The notes: a model not told the origin generated them from the letters alone. Shown: positions 9,187 to 19,151, numbered from the stretch's first letter. The stretch: 64,000 nucleotides of DNA from an uncultured Clostridia bacterium (GCA_934454525.1 CAKSFM010000002.1:73792-137791), one strand, 5' to 3'. Numbers and translations: made by a program.

Positions 9187-9766
9187 TGTTTTCCCCCATG
9201 ATTCTATTATATATCTCCGACAAGTGCGAATACAGCTCATCCGCACTGCCGTTGTTTTCAATAATAATTGCTTTTTTTGAATACGGACGCTGTGCGTCAA
9301 TACGGCGCTGTGCGTCCGATGCGGCAATTGAATCCCTTTTTATTATGCGGCGCAGGCGAATGTCGCGACGAGCCGATATTACTATTATATGACTGCATTT
9401 TTCATCTATGCCGCTTGACTCCAGCTCCGAACCGTCAATAACAGCGAGATGCGCGTCCGAAGCTGCAATTGTTCCGAGCGCTTCACTGCACACAGCCGGA
9501 TGAACGATTCTGTTCAGCTTTTTCAGTTTTTCGCCGTCCGAAAATACGATCGCTCCCAGTTTTTTTCGGCTGACATTTCCGTTTTCGTCAAAAACCGGGC
9601 TGCCGAACTCCGTTTGCAGTTCTTTTTTTATCTTTTCCGAACAAAGCGCACGGTGTGCAAGCGCGTCGCAATCAATAACGCATGCGCCTTTTTCTTTAAA
9701 AAATCGTGCTGCGGTGCTTTTTCCGCTGCCGGAAAGTCCCGTCAGACCGACAATAATTTTTTTCAA
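9179..9766 (-). CDS. coaE: Dephospho-CoA kinase
   Basis: P-loop GLTGLSGSGKST at the N-terminus, 195 aa, in the classic position downstream of polA. Confidence 0.9.
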   Translation of the reverse strand: MKKIIVGLTGLSGSGKSTAARFFKEKGACVIDCDALAHRALCSEKIKKELQTEFGSPVFDENGNVSRKKLGAIVFSDGEKLKKLNRIVHPAVCSEALGTIAASDAHLAVIDGSELESSGIDEKCSHIIVISARRDIRLRRIIKRDSIAASDAQRRIDAQRPYSKKAIIIENNGSADELYSHLSEIYNRIMGENNA

Positions 9767-9781
9767 CTCAATAACTTCCTT

Positions 9782-12292
9782 TTACTTCGTTTCGTACCAG
9801 CTTGCGCCGATCTTAACATCTGCGCGCAGCGGAACTGACAGTTTGACGGAATTCTCCATTTCGCGTTTCAATATTTCCGCCGCCTTTTCGGCTGCTCCGG
9901 TTTCGGCTTCAACAATCAGCTCATCGTGAATCTGCATGATCAGCCGTGCATTCGGGCATTCGTCCGCAAGGGCGCGCGAAACTTTAACCATGGCAATTTT
10001 TATTATATCCGCAGCAGTTCCCTGAATCGGCGTGTTCATTGCGGCGCGCTCGCCAAATGAGCGCAGATTGAAATTTTTTGCCTTAAGCTCCGGAATATAT
10101 CGTCTGCGCCCGAACAGTGTGCAGACATAGCCATTCTCTTTTGCCGATGAAATCGTTCTGTCCATATATTCCTTAACACCGCTGTACTTTGCAAAATAGC
10201 TCTCTATATACTCCTTTGCTTCCCTGCGCGATATTTTTAGCTCTCCCGCAAGCGAAAACTCACTCTGCCCATATATTATTCCGAAATTAACCGTCTTCGC
10301 ACGGGAACGCATAACGTCCGTCACACAGAAATCCGGCACATTGAACACCTGCGCTGCCGTAATTGCATGAATATCTGCATTATTTACAAAAGCATTTGTC
10401 ATGGTTTCATCGCCCGACATATGTGCAAGCACACGCAGCTCTATCTGAGAATAATCTGCGCCGACAAGACAGCAGCCCTCACGCGCAACAAACATCTTCC
10501 GAAGCTCGCGCCCGATATCTGTCCGCACGGGAATATTCTGCAGATTCGGTTCAGCCGAGCTGATTCTTCCTGTTGCCGTAACCGTTTGCTTAAGCGTTGA
10601 ATGAATCCTGTCATTTTCGTCCAGAAGCGGCAAAAATGCATCGGTATACGTTGACTTGAGCTTTGAAAGATGCCTGTAATCTATAATCAAGTCAATAATT
10701 TCGCTTTTGCCGCGCAGCTTTTCAAGAACCGTGTTATCGGTTGAATAACCTGTTTTTGTTTTTTTCACAACAGGAAGTCCCATATCCTCAAATAAAAGCT
10801 TCCCAAGCTGCTTTGTGGAATTTATGTTAAACTCTCCGCCTGCCATAAAATAAATACTCTGCTCAAGAGCACCGATGCGTTCCCCAAGCATTGAATTGAA
10901 TCTTGAAAGCTCGCCGCGGTCAATCTTAAAGCCTGCACATTCCATGTCATACAGAACATTTTCAAGCGGAAGTTCAATATCGTAAAGCAGTTTTTCCTGT
11001 CCGCGCTCCGTGATAACCGCAAGCTGAGCATTTTTAAGCTTTTCAAGCGAGGCTGCGGAATCCGCAAGTCCGTTTTCGGCAAACAAATCCTCCGTTTTGT
11101 AATCGCTGCGCGACGGGTCAATAATGTAAGCGGCTGTTTCAGTGTCGAAAAACTCTCCGCGCAAAGCAATTCCGAGCCTTGCAAGACCGTGCCTTGCCGC
11201 TTTAAAGGAATGAGTCAGTTTTTTTATATTTTCATTTTCAAAAATGGGTTTCAGCAATTCCGCCGCTGCGCGATACGGCTTGCCGTCAACGGAAAATTCC
11301 GCTTTGTTTTCATCCAAAAGAAATGCAAACTCATTTTGCACGGCGGCTTTTTCAAGCACGGAGCTGTCAGCTTCCGCTGCTTCCGCTGCCTGCGGCTGCT
11401 CCTTTTCGGGCGTTTTCACAAGTCTTTCCGCAAGTTTTTTAAGTTCTAGCTCATTTATCTTTTCCGCAAGGCGGCTTCCATCCGGCGCCTGCACCCTTGC
11501 GCTTTCAATTGTAAAATCAATCGGCACTGCACGGTCGATTGTGCACAGCTTATAGCAGAAATACGCATTTTCCTTTCCCGCAATAAGCTTTTCGCGCACA
11601 CCTTTTTTTATAGATTCGCTTTCGATATTTGCATAAATTCCATCCAGGGAGTGGAATTCGCGGACAAGCGAAAACGCCGTCTTTTCACCGATTCCGCTGA
11701 CGCCGGGAATATTGTCCGAGCTGTCACCCATCAGCGCCTTAACAGTTATAAATTCCTCAGGCGTAACTCCGTATTTTTCAAACACGCCTTTCCCATCAAG
11801 TGCTTCCGTGGCAGTCTGTCCCATGCGCGTTGTGGTCAGCAGCACAGTTGTGTTTTCGCTTGCAAGCTGCAAATCATCCTTATCTCCCGTAACAATACCG
11901 CACTTAATATTGTTATCATCGCACATTTTGCTTACTGTTCCGATAATATCATCCGCCTCGTAACCCTCTATCGAAAGCATTTTTATATTCATAGCCGCCA
12001 AAAGCTCTTTAAGATGAGGCATTTGCTCTGCAAGGTCATCGGGCATTCCCTTTCGCTGTGCCTTGTATTGGTCATACATTTTGTGCCGGAATGTCGGCGC
12101 TTTAAGGTCAAACGCCACGCAAAGATATTCGGGTGCATACTCATCGGTATATTTAAGCAATATGTTCATAAAACCGAATATTCCGTTTGTCGGAATTCCG
12201 CTTTTTGTTGAAAGCGGGCGCACCCCATAATATGCGCGGTTCACAATGCTGTTGCCATCTATAATAATTAATGTTTCCGCCGCCTGAGCCAA
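9782..12292 (-). CDS. polA: DNA polymerase I
   Basis: 836 aa. Contains a 5'-nuclease domain (LIIIDGNS...GDSSDNIPGV) and family-A polymerase motifs (DYSQIELRVLAH, RRxAKxxNFGxxYG, QIHDEL). Confidence 0.95.
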   Translation of the reverse strand: MAQAAETLIIIDGNSIVNRAYYGVRPLSTKSGIPTNGIFGFMNILLKYTDEYAPEYLCVAFDLKAPTFRHKMYDQYKAQRKGMPDDLAEQMPHLKELLAAMNIKMLSIEGYEADDIIGTVSKMCDDNNIKCGIVTGDKDDLQLASENTTVLLTTTRMGQTATEALDGKGVFEKYGVTPEEFITVKALMGDSSDNIPGVSGIGEKTAFSLVREFHSLDGIYANIESESIKKGVREKLIAGKENAYFCYKLCTIDRAVPIDFTIESARVQAPDGSRLAEKINELELKKLAERLVKTPEKEQPQAAEAAEADSSVLEKAAVQNEFAFLLDENKAEFSVDGKPYRAAAELLKPIFENENIKKLTHSFKAARHGLARLGIALRGEFFDTETAAYIIDPSRSDYKTEDLFAENGLADSAASLEKLKNAQLAVITERGQEKLLYDIELPLENVLYDMECAGFKIDRGELSRFNSMLGERIGALEQSIYFMAGGEFNINSTKQLGKLLFEDMGLPVVKKTKTGYSTDNTVLEKLRGKSEIIDLIIDYRHLSKLKSTYTDAFLPLLDENDRIHSTLKQTVTATGRISSAEPNLQNIPVRTDIGRELRKMFVAREGCCLVGADYSQIELRVLAHMSGDETMTNAFVNNADIHAITAAQVFNVPDFCVTDVMRSRAKTVNFGIIYGQSEFSLAGELKISRREAKEYIESYFAKYSGVKEYMDRTISSAKENGYVCTLFGRRRYIPELKAKNFNLRSFGERAAMNTPIQGTAADIIKIAMVKVSRALADECPNARLIMQIHDELIVEAETGAAEKAAEILKREMENSVKLSVPLRADVKIGASWYETK

Positions 12293-12442
12293 TTCAAAGC
12301 TCCCCCTCCGTTAAATACAGCCGAAGCTGAATAATTATCTTATCGTCATTTTTTTTGATATATTATATTATACCCGTTTACATGCGCTGTGTCAATCATT
12401 AGAAAATGCGAATAATAAAATTTACTGTAAGTTTTAAGCATA

Positions 12443-12480
12443 AGAGGGCGGCAAAATCTGATTTAATCTTGCCGCCCTCT
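12443..12480. terminator. Stem-loop downstream of the 12536-13378 gene
   Basis: Perfect 12-bp stem AGAGGGCGGCAA...TTGCCGCCCTCT. The T-rich tract lies on the + side. Confidence 0.5.
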
Positions 12481-12535
12481 CTTATTTATTTCTGATAACA
12501 GAGATTACCCTGACTGACATTCATTGATTTCAAAA

Positions 12536-13378
12536 TCAGCTTGATATCTGCTCCGGTTTGACGCCCACAGCGCTGTCCTGATCCCACATTTCCCCATTTT
12601 CATTCTGAGTGCTTGTTGTAAACTGATTATCGGATACTTTTTTGCCATTTGTTCCGATATAAAAAATGTTTTCTGCTTCTTTTCCCGATGAATTTTTCAG
12701 ACTACATTCCATTTTCACAAGAAAATCATATTTGCCGCATTTTTCTGACACATAAACGCTTTTTACCGAAAGGCTTTCGGGATATGTCAGCTTACCCAGC
12801 AGAGCATTTTTTGCTGCAATATAGGCATTTTTTGCGTCTTCGGCTTTAACGGTGTCAATAACGGAAATCTTTATTTCCTTTTCTGTTTTATTTCCGCAGC
12901 TGTCTGCAACGGAAACGGTAACCGGGTAAACGCCCTCCTTACTTGTATCCACACTGCCCTTTACTATTTTTATCTTATCGGAAACATCTCCGTCAACAAT
13001 GTCATTTGCAGAAACAGCCTTGGAAATATCAAATTCTTTTCCGAGAACCGCTTCGGCATAATCCAATGAAATATCCGGCGGAGTTGTATCCTCAACAGTA
13101 ATTTTGATTTCGCTTTCCGTATATTTCAGACTTGGCGAAGCAATCTCATACAGAACTGTATATGTTCCGGGTTTGTTAATTTTGATATTATCCTTTTTCA
13201 GTGAAACGGAATAATCCTCATTTGTTGTAATAAAATGAAGCGGGTTATAGCTATCTCCCGCTTCAACAGTATCGGTAATCTGTTCAACAACATTTTTTGA
13301 TGAACATGCCGACAAAAGCACGGCAGCCAAAAGCAGCAATGCTGATATATTTTTATGAAAATGCTTCGTTTGTTTCAT
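12536..13378 (-). CDS. Lipoprotein with bacterial Ig-like (DUF5011/HYR-like) domains
   Basis: Lipobox LLSAC. Repeated pattern of the form ...PGTYTV.Y / D.TPP.I ... D..DGD.S..I...G.VD....G.Y.VT..V.D..GN. Confidence 0.6.
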   Translation of the reverse strand: MKQTKHFHKNISALLLLAAVLLSACSSKNVVEQITDTVEAGDSYNPLHFITTNEDYSVSLKKDNIKINKPGTYTVLYEIASPSLKYTESEIKITVEDTTPPDISLDYAEAVLGKEFDISKAVSANDIVDGDVSDKIKIVKGSVDTSKEGVYPVTVSVADSCGNKTEKEIKISVIDTVKAEDAKNAYIAAKNALLGKLTYPESLSVKSVYVSEKCGKYDFLVKMECSLKNSSGKEAENIFYIGTNGKKVSDNQFTTSTQNENGEMWDQDSAVGVKPEQISS

Positions 13379-13393
13379 ATTTCGTTTCCTGCT

Positions 13394-14110
13394 CTACCTG
13401 TAAATAATCTCTGCGTTTTCAAGTATTCTTCTGCTGCGCACTGTCACCTTGTCAAGTTCATTTTTACCAAGATGCTTCTCTATGTAAGCTCCTGCCGCAT
13501 CTAAATTCGGCGCTCTGTCACCGGTATTGTGGCAATCACTTCCGAGGACATTGAAAAGACCTCGTTTCGCCAATGCAACACCGTTGCGGCGCATCATCAG
13601 TTTTGTAAAGCAGTCAGCATTTATCTGCATAAGCGCCCCGCATCCGGCAAGCTCGGCAAGTCTTTCTCTGACGCCTCTGTATTTCAAATATCTGTCAACA
13701 TGTGCAAGAATCGGAGTAAAACGCCTGTTGGCAATTCTTTCTATTCCCTCAACCACAGAATCATTCCATGATGAAAACGGCATTTCAATCATAATGCAAT
13801 CCGTTCCGCATATACAAAGCGATTCAAGGTTATCAATTCTCCAAAGCTCGTCAAAATACAGAATTTCTCCTCCAAGGTAAAGCTTCATCTGAATATTTTC
13901 TCTCTGCAGGCGCTCTTTAAGTGCATTCACCGCAGCGTTTCGATTTTCCAAAAAGCTCTCCAGATCGTTTCTGTATGCATAGAAATGCGGCGTCAGCACA
14001 GCGCCCTCCGCTCCCTGGGAAATAAGCATCCTTGCCATGTCCGCAGATTCTGCTGCAGATGCGCTTCCATCATCGATTCCGGGCAATATATGCGTATGAA
14101 AATCAATCAT
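13394..14110 (-). CDS. Tyrosine-protein phosphatase, PHP family (CpsB/YwqE-like)
   Basis: N-terminus MIDFHTHILPGIDDGS, internal TPH, C-terminal GSD.H; 238 aa. Located downstream of the BY-kinase. Confidence 0.9.
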   Translation of the reverse strand: MIDFHTHILPGIDDGSASAAESADMARMLISQGAEGAVLTPHFYAYRNDLESFLENRNAAVNALKERLQRENIQMKLYLGGEILYFDELWRIDNLESLCICGTDCIMIEMPFSSWNDSVVEGIERIANRRFTPILAHVDRYLKYRGVRERLAELAGCGALMQINADCFTKLMMRRNGVALAKRGLFNVLGSDCHNTGDRAPNLDAAGAYIEKHLGKNELDKVTVRSRRILENAEIIYR

Positions 14111-14141
14111 AAGCGTTGTTCCTATCTATAATTATTTTTCA

Positions 14142-15059
14142 TTATTTATCTGAGCTTTTATCGGACTTGTTCTGTTTTTGAGAAGAATATCCGTATCCGT
14201 AGCCGTAACCGCCATAACCATAGCCGCCGTACCCTCCGTAGCTGCCGTAGCCGCCGTAATTACCGTAATATCCTCTGCGGTAATATTTCGCGCGTCTGCC
14301 GTAACGGAAATATCTTCTCTGACCATACTTATAGCTGCCCTTAACATCTGTCAATCGTCCGTTAAGTATGAATCCGATTATATTGGCATCAACAAATGTC
14401 AGTTTATTTATAGCCTCCGAAACAGTATCTTTATCAGTTCTTCCCTGGCGCACAACAATAAGCACACCATCTGTCATGCGCGACATTACTGCGGCGTCTG
14501 TAACAATATTAATCGGCGATGTATCTAAGAAGATATACTCGTACATTTCCGATAATTTATCCAAAACATTCTCCATTGCCGCCGAACCGAGCAACTCGGC
14601 AGGGTTTGGCGGAATATCACCGGACGGAATTATGTCAAGATTCGGATATTCAGTATGTTTGATAACCGAATCCACATTATTCAGATTAGCCAGCACATTT
14701 GAAAGTCCCGGCGATTGGTTTATATTAAGAAGATTTGCAATGTTCGGCTTTCTCAGGTCACAGTCAACCAAAACAACCTTCGCGCCTGTTTGTGCAAACG
14801 ATATGGCAAGATTCAAGCAATTTGTGCTTTTTCCCTCACCTGCAAGTGCACTTGTAACAATTATTTTTTTTGCACCGTCATGCGTTACTGAGAAAACCAC
14901 GTTTGTACGAAGCGCCTTGTATGCTTCTTTAACATGAAACGGACTTTTATCATTAAGTACCTTTGCACGTTTAACAATAAGCGGCGTATTTGCACTCGGC
15001 GAAACACGCCCCGCTATTTTCCCGGAAACCTTTCTCAATGCAGATATAATGCCAGCCAT
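14142..15059 (-). CDS. Bacterial tyrosine kinase (BY-kinase, CpsD/YwqD-like) with an extended Gly/Tyr-rich tail
   Basis: Walker A GEGKST, Walker A' VLVDCDLR, Walker B ILDTSP-like FLDTSP. The C-terminal 63 aa carry about 18 Tyr (GYGGYGYGGYGYGYGY). Confidence 0.9.
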   Translation of the reverse strand: MAGIISALRKVSGKIAGRVSPSANTPLIVKRAKVLNDKSPFHVKEAYKALRTNVVFSVTHDGAKKIIVTSALAGEGKSTNCLNLAISFAQTGAKVVLVDCDLRKPNIANLLNINQSPGLSNVLANLNNVDSVIKHTEYPNLDIIPSGDIPPNPAELLGSAAMENVLDKLSEMYEYIFLDTSPINIVTDAAVMSRMTDGVLIVVRQGRTDKDTVSEAINKLTFVDANIIGFILNGRLTDVKGSYKYGQRRYFRYGRRAKYYRRGYYGNYGGYGSYGGYGGYGYGGYGYGYGYSSQKQNKSDKSSDK

Positions 15060-15081
15060 GTATAATGCTCCTTCAAGGTAA

Positions 15082-15858
15082 TTATTTTTTTAACTCTTTA
15101 TCATTAATCCCGACCAGGTCATACGCAACAAAGATTTCGGGAATCGACCCAAGCACAGGGTACTGAAATTTCTGAGTGAGGTCATCAACCGATTTAACGC
15201 GAATGTCAAACAGTTCACGGAAAAAGACATAAGCAACACTGAGAACCAAACCCATAAGTATTCCGAGAATAGTATTAAAACGAATATTCGGTGAAACCGG
15301 TGTTGTTGAAAGCGTTGCATGATCAATGATCCTCACATCGCTTTTTTCAATAAAGCTTTGAATTTTACGCGGAGCAACCTCGGCAATAATGTTTGCCAGT
15401 TCCTGCGAACTTGCAGCATTGGGAGTTTTTACCGTCACCTTAAGTATTTCCGTCTGATTAACCGACTCGGCGGAAACCATTTCCCTGAGCTTTTTAACGC
15501 TGTAGGTTTCGCCGGTTCTGTCGTTATATTTGTCTGCCACATCCTGGAGGATATTATTGCTTGTTATCATAGCAATATATGTAGGAACCAATTGCTGAGA
15601 CGCTACAATATCACTTGCAAGTGTTTTTGTTTCATTGTCAATACCGTTATCGCGGCTGTTGTTTACATACATAGTAATACTGGACGCATATTTCGGCGTC
15701 ATGAAATACGAACTGAAAGCAAACGCCGCAGCACCGCAAAGCAGAGTGATTACGATAACCGTTGCAATACGTTCCACCACAACCATAATCATTTTCTTTA
15801 TATCAATCTGATTTACAGCACCGCTGTTACCGGAAGCGGTTTCGTTGTTTGAGACCAT
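15082..15858 (-). CDS. Wzz/CpsC-type chain-length determinant (BY-kinase transmembrane modulator)
   Basis: Two TM helices flank a periplasmic-type domain. It sits directly upstream of the kinase, the typical Firmicute split BY-kinase arrangement. Confidence 0.85.
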   Translation of the reverse strand: MVSNNETASGNSGAVNQIDIKKMIMVVVERIATVIVITLLCGAAAFAFSSYFMTPKYASSITMYVNNSRDNGIDNETKTLASDIVASQQLVPTYIAMITSNNILQDVADKYNDRTGETYSVKKLREMVSAESVNQTEILKVTVKTPNAASSQELANIIAEVAPRKIQSFIEKSDVRIIDHATLSTTPVSPNIRFNTILGILMGLVLSVAYVFFRELFDIRVKSVDDLTQKFQYPVLGSIPEIFVAYDLVGINDKELKK

Positions 15859-15965
15859 TTATGTTCCCCCTACTGTATTAGCATTATGCAGCTGCAGCCC
15901 TGTATGCAGAAAGTGCTGCTTACCCTGCCGCAGTGCGGCGTTTTCATCCAAAGCACTGCCTATTA

Positions 15966-15994
15966 ATAATATAACGATTTACTTCACTTGTCAA
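15966..15994 (-). promoter_or_regulatory. Sigma-70-type promoter for the wzz/kinase/phosphatase operon
   Basis: On the minus strand: TTGACA, 17 nt, TATTAT, about 110 nt upstream of the wzz ATG. Confidence 0.5.
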
Positions 15995-16035
15995 TAGAAG
16001 CTCTTAAAACAATCATATTCCGACTTTTTCAGACT

Positions 16036-16752
16036 CTATTGTTCGTCATCATCATCCGAATCCTCGTCAAATTCTTCATCTTCCGAAGCATCTTCATCGT
16101 CATCGTCCGAGTCACCGTCTATGTAAGATTCTTCATCGCCATCTTCCTCATCTTCATAATCATCTTCATTCTTTTTGAAGATAATGGAAAGAGCAAACAG
16201 AACACATACTATAATTATAACTACAAGACATGCAACAATAAGCTTTCTGAGGATTCCGCCGCTTTTAGGCTGTGCATCCGCACCTGCATTTGCATCTGCG
16301 GCAGAATTGTCTGCGGTTTTCATATCAGCGCTTCCGTTTTTATCATCGGAAGCTTTATTGTTCTTATCAGCATCGGATTTTTGGCTGTTTCCGGCTGTTT
16401 TATCATCAGTTTTTTTATCGCTTGTGTTTTTGCTGTCCGCTTTATCAGCAGCTGCCGTGCTCTTCGCGTTCTTGTCATCCTTTGCGGCAGCAAGCTCGCT
16501 CTTAAGGCGGTTAATTTCATTCTTATATGTTTCGATTTCCGTTGCGCTGCGATCCTGTTCCTTTTTCTGCGCCGTCTCTATTTCACGGATACGCGCAGCA
16601 GCAGCCTTTGCTTCTTTCCCGGAGGAATTTGCCCTGCCGATAATTATGCCCACAATGAAAACCAGCAGACAAAGAATCAGAGCAGCCGTAGATGTAATTT
16701 TTCTCGGTTTTTTCTTAACAGGTGTAACGCTTTTGTAATCATGCAGTTCCAT
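16036..16752 (-). CDS. Hypothetical bitopic/2-TM protein with a coiled-coil, a Lys/Asp/Ala low-complexity region and a poly-acidic C-terminal tail
   Basis: GGAGGA RBS 7 nt before the ATG. Two clear TM helices and a coiled-coil-like segment (EIETAQKKEQ...NEINRLKSELAAAK). The tail reads DDYEDEEDGDEE...DSDDDDEQ. The opposite-strand 273-aa ORF is a low-complexity mirror artefact. Confidence 0.6.
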   Translation of the reverse strand: MELHDYKSVTPVKKKPRKITSTAALILCLLVFIVGIIIGRANSSGKEAKAAAARIREIETAQKKEQDRSATEIETYKNEINRLKSELAAAKDDKNAKSTAAADKADSKNTSDKKTDDKTAGNSQKSDADKNNKASDDKNGSADMKTADNSAADANAGADAQPKSGGILRKLIVACLVVIIIVCVLFALSIIFKKNEDDYEDEEDGDEESYIDGDSDDDDEDASEDEEFDEDSDDDDEQ

Positions 16753-17010
16753 ATTTCATTCCTCCGTTATAAGCTCAGATTTTTCATACTGTATGCAGCA
16801 ACGGCGTGAACCGCCGGTCAGCCTGCTTCATGCCGACACAGTTTTTACATCAACTGCAAACAAGATAATGTTTAACAAGCTCTTTTCGGATATTATATCA
16901 CAAAAAAAAACATCTTACAAGCATTAATTTCAAAAACACATATATAAATTGCAATTTTTTGATTGTTCTTCTGACGGAAAATGTACAAAGCTGCCTGCAG
17001 CGCGGATATT

Positions 17011-17556
17011 TTATTGCTGAATCTTATGATACAGCTCTCCGTCAAGATTTCTGAAGAATATCCCCGAATCCTCCAATGTAAGATACCCGTGTTCACTGTT
17101 TTCCTTTGGAATGGAAACCGAACCGGGATTGATATACAGATTTCCGTTCCCGAACTCCTCCCATGCAGGAACGTGAGTGTGCCCGTGCAGCAAAATATCT
17201 CCGCTGCACAGCGGAGGCAGCTGCGATGTATTAAAGTTATGCCCGTGCGTTGCATAAATCAGCCTGTTTTTATAATAAAGAAGGCAATAATCCGCAAGAA
17301 TCGGGAATTGAAGAACCATCTGATCAACCTCTGTGTCACAGTTTCCCCGGACGCAGAATATTTTCGTTTTAACTTCATTAAGCATATCAATAACAAGCTT
17401 CGGAGCATAGTCGCGCGGAAGATCATTGCGCGGTCCGTGATAAAGAATATCCCCGAGCAGCAAAAGCCTGTCGGCTTTTTCGGAAGCAAATGCGTCAAGC
17501 ATTTTCTTGCAGTAATAAGATGAACCGTGAATATCGGATGCAACCATTATTTTCAT
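17011..17556 (-). CDS. YfcE/MJ0936-family metallophosphoesterase
   Basis: Motifs SDIHG, GDILYHG, RGNCD, THGH, GHTH; 181 aa. Confidence 0.85.
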   Translation of the reverse strand: MKIMVASDIHGSSYYCKKMLDAFASEKADRLLLLGDILYHGPRNDLPRDYAPKLVIDMLNEVKTKIFCVRGNCDTEVDQMVLQFPILADYCLLYYKNRLIYATHGHNFNTSQLPPLCSGDILLHGHTHVPAWEEFGNGNLYINPGSVSIPKENSEHGYLTLEDSGIFFRNLDGELYHKIQQ

Positions 17557-17613
17557 AACTTATCCATTCCTTTCATTTGTTTATTGTACCACAATATTTT
17601 TATCACAGCAACA

Positions 17614-18576
17614 CTAATTTTGCATTATGATTTGATTTTCTGTCGTCATCGGGTATGAAATCAATTTTTCCGTATCAAGATTTTCATTGTGCATATTTAC
17701 AGCCGCAATTCCCGCTGCGGAATACGTTTTATAATAGTATATTCCTTTGAATGCATTAAAGCAAGCGGAATAGACCGTCAGTTCATGCTCTCCGTTTTCA
17801 AGTTCACAACAGCCGCGCAGCTGTTCAACCGTGGACAAAATGTGAAAAAAAGCGCTCACGTTTTCCGTTTCTTCTCTGCCTGAAACAGTATTAAGCTTTG
17901 CAAATGCGGCTCGGACAAAGCGCGACTTTGATGACCAATCCCCCGGCAGACCCACAGCACCCATTCCGCGGCTTTGCGGAATTAACTCTATTTTGTCCGA
18001 AAAGCGATTCTGCGGCGGTTTTGCGGAAATATTCATATAATCCGACAAATTGTCAAGCTGCATCGGAAAAGGCGGATTATTCGTCAGAACACCGACAGGA
18101 TTTTCATATATATGCATCCCGTCCTTTGTCTGTTCAACGGTTATGCACCCATTCCTATCCGCAAATATCCAATGCAATGGCGATGGCAGCAGATTTTCCG
18201 AAAAAGCCTTACTCGTAATATTGATATTACCAATTCGCTCCTTCGCCTCCCGAATCGTTGCACATTCCGAAAGAATTGTCGGTATCAGTTCGTATTGAGC
18301 AATATTTTCCGCACCCTGTAACGCTTCGCCGTAAAACGCATTGTCTGCAAAGCGCAGCCCTGCTGCGGCAAGGCCTTTTTCATTCACAGCGTCATAATAA
18401 AGCGGATAATTATTTGCAATATGCGCTGTTCCCATCACGGCATAATGCTCACCGCCTGTTTTGCCGGATCTGAATCGGCGTGGCATGATTGCGATGCTTT
18501 CACCGTAGCTCTTTTCATAGTCCAAGCTTCTTCCGAAATAAAAATCTCCGTTCCGATAAGTAATTGCAGTACACAT
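17614..18576 (-). CDS. Choloylglycine hydrolase family (linear amide C-N hydrolase; bile-salt-hydrolase-like Ntn hydrolase)
   Basis: Starts MCTA (Cys2 nucleophile). Contains GRSLD, NEKGL and LTNNPPF motifs; 320 aa. Confidence 0.85.
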   Translation of the reverse strand: MCTAITYRNGDFYFGRSLDYEKSYGESIAIMPRRFRSGKTGGEHYAVMGTAHIANNYPLYYDAVNEKGLAAAGLRFADNAFYGEALQGAENIAQYELIPTILSECATIREAKERIGNINITSKAFSENLLPSPLHWIFADRNGCITVEQTKDGMHIYENPVGVLTNNPPFPMQLDNLSDYMNISAKPPQNRFSDKIELIPQSRGMGAVGLPGDWSSKSRFVRAAFAKLNTVSGREETENVSAFFHILSTVEQLRGCCELENGEHELTVYSACFNAFKGIYYYKTYSAAGIAAVNMHNENLDTEKLISYPMTTENQIIMQN

Positions 18577-18691
18577 AAATTCATCCCTCCAAAGCTATTT
18601 TTCTCCCCTATGTCCGCATTATACACCTCTCCGAAAAGTTTCTTTCTCTTATTGGCAAAGGCACTCCATTCGTATGCTTTAAGTATAACTC

Positions 18692-18731
18692 AAACGCGGC
18701 TTCTCCGATTTCAGAGAGGCCGCGTTTTTTT
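18692..18731 (+). terminator. Strong stem-loop plus T7 run with no plus-strand gene upstream (islet boundary?)
   Basis: AAACGCGGCTTCTC...GAGAGGCCGCGTTT followed by TTTTTTT. Confidence 0.55.
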
Positions 18732-18799
18732 AACATTGAAATCAATTGTATTTTTTATTAATAACTACCTTATTAATACGCAAATTTATAGCCCGCTAA

Positions 18800-19105
18800 T
18801 CAATCGGCTGTTTTTTTGTTATCTTCCTTAAATTGATCCACAACTGAATTAACAGCAAGTATCTGCTTGTCGGTAAGTTCAGAAACATCTATTGTCTTAT
18901 TTTTGTTTACACCCAGCAAGAACTCGATAGAAACATTCAGTACAGCAGAAAGCTTTATTAAAACAGCAATTGAAGGCAGCCTGTTCTCTGATTCATATGC
19001 AGCTATTGTAGGCGCAGTAATTCCAAGCTTTTGCCCAAGCTGAGTTTGGGTCAAGTGCTTCTGGATTCTTAATTTCTTTATATTTTCAGCCAGTTCATGT
19101 TTCAT
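18800..19105 (-). CDS. XRE-family helix-turn-helix transcriptional regulator
   Basis: HTH_3 pattern (LRIQKHLTQTQLGQKLGITAPTIAAYESENRLPSIAVLIKLSAVLNVSIEFLLG). I chose the start MKHELAENIK at 19105. Confidence 0.85.
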   Translation of the reverse strand: MKHELAENIKKLRIQKHLTQTQLGQKLGITAPTIAAYESENRLPSIAVLIKLSAVLNVSIEFLLGVNKNKTIDVSELTDKQILAVNSVVDQFKEDNKKTAD

Positions 19106-19151
19106 GATCAGACCCCCAATAGACATTCTCATCTTATTATACAGCAAATTA

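Noticed and set aside
9187-9327. Upstream extension of the lytic transglycosylase ORF overlapping coaE
   Set aside because: It would overlap the coaE coding region by about 150 nt. An internal ATG at 9186 directly precedes the signal-anchor helix.
14180-14290. Short GGNTAY-type tandem DNA repeats that could be taken for a non-coding microsatellite or mini-array
   Set aside because: They are in frame within the BY-kinase ORF and encode the Gly/Tyr tail. The plus-strand ORFs there (14178-14528 and others) are shadows.
15988-16809. 273-aa plus-strand ORF opposite the 16036-16752 gene
   Set aside because: Its sequence is low-complexity Phe/Ile/Cys-rich, a mirror of the Lys/Asp/Glu-rich minus-strand gene. 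It has no RBS, whereas the minus-strand ORF has a GGAGGA RBS, TM helices and a coiled-coil.
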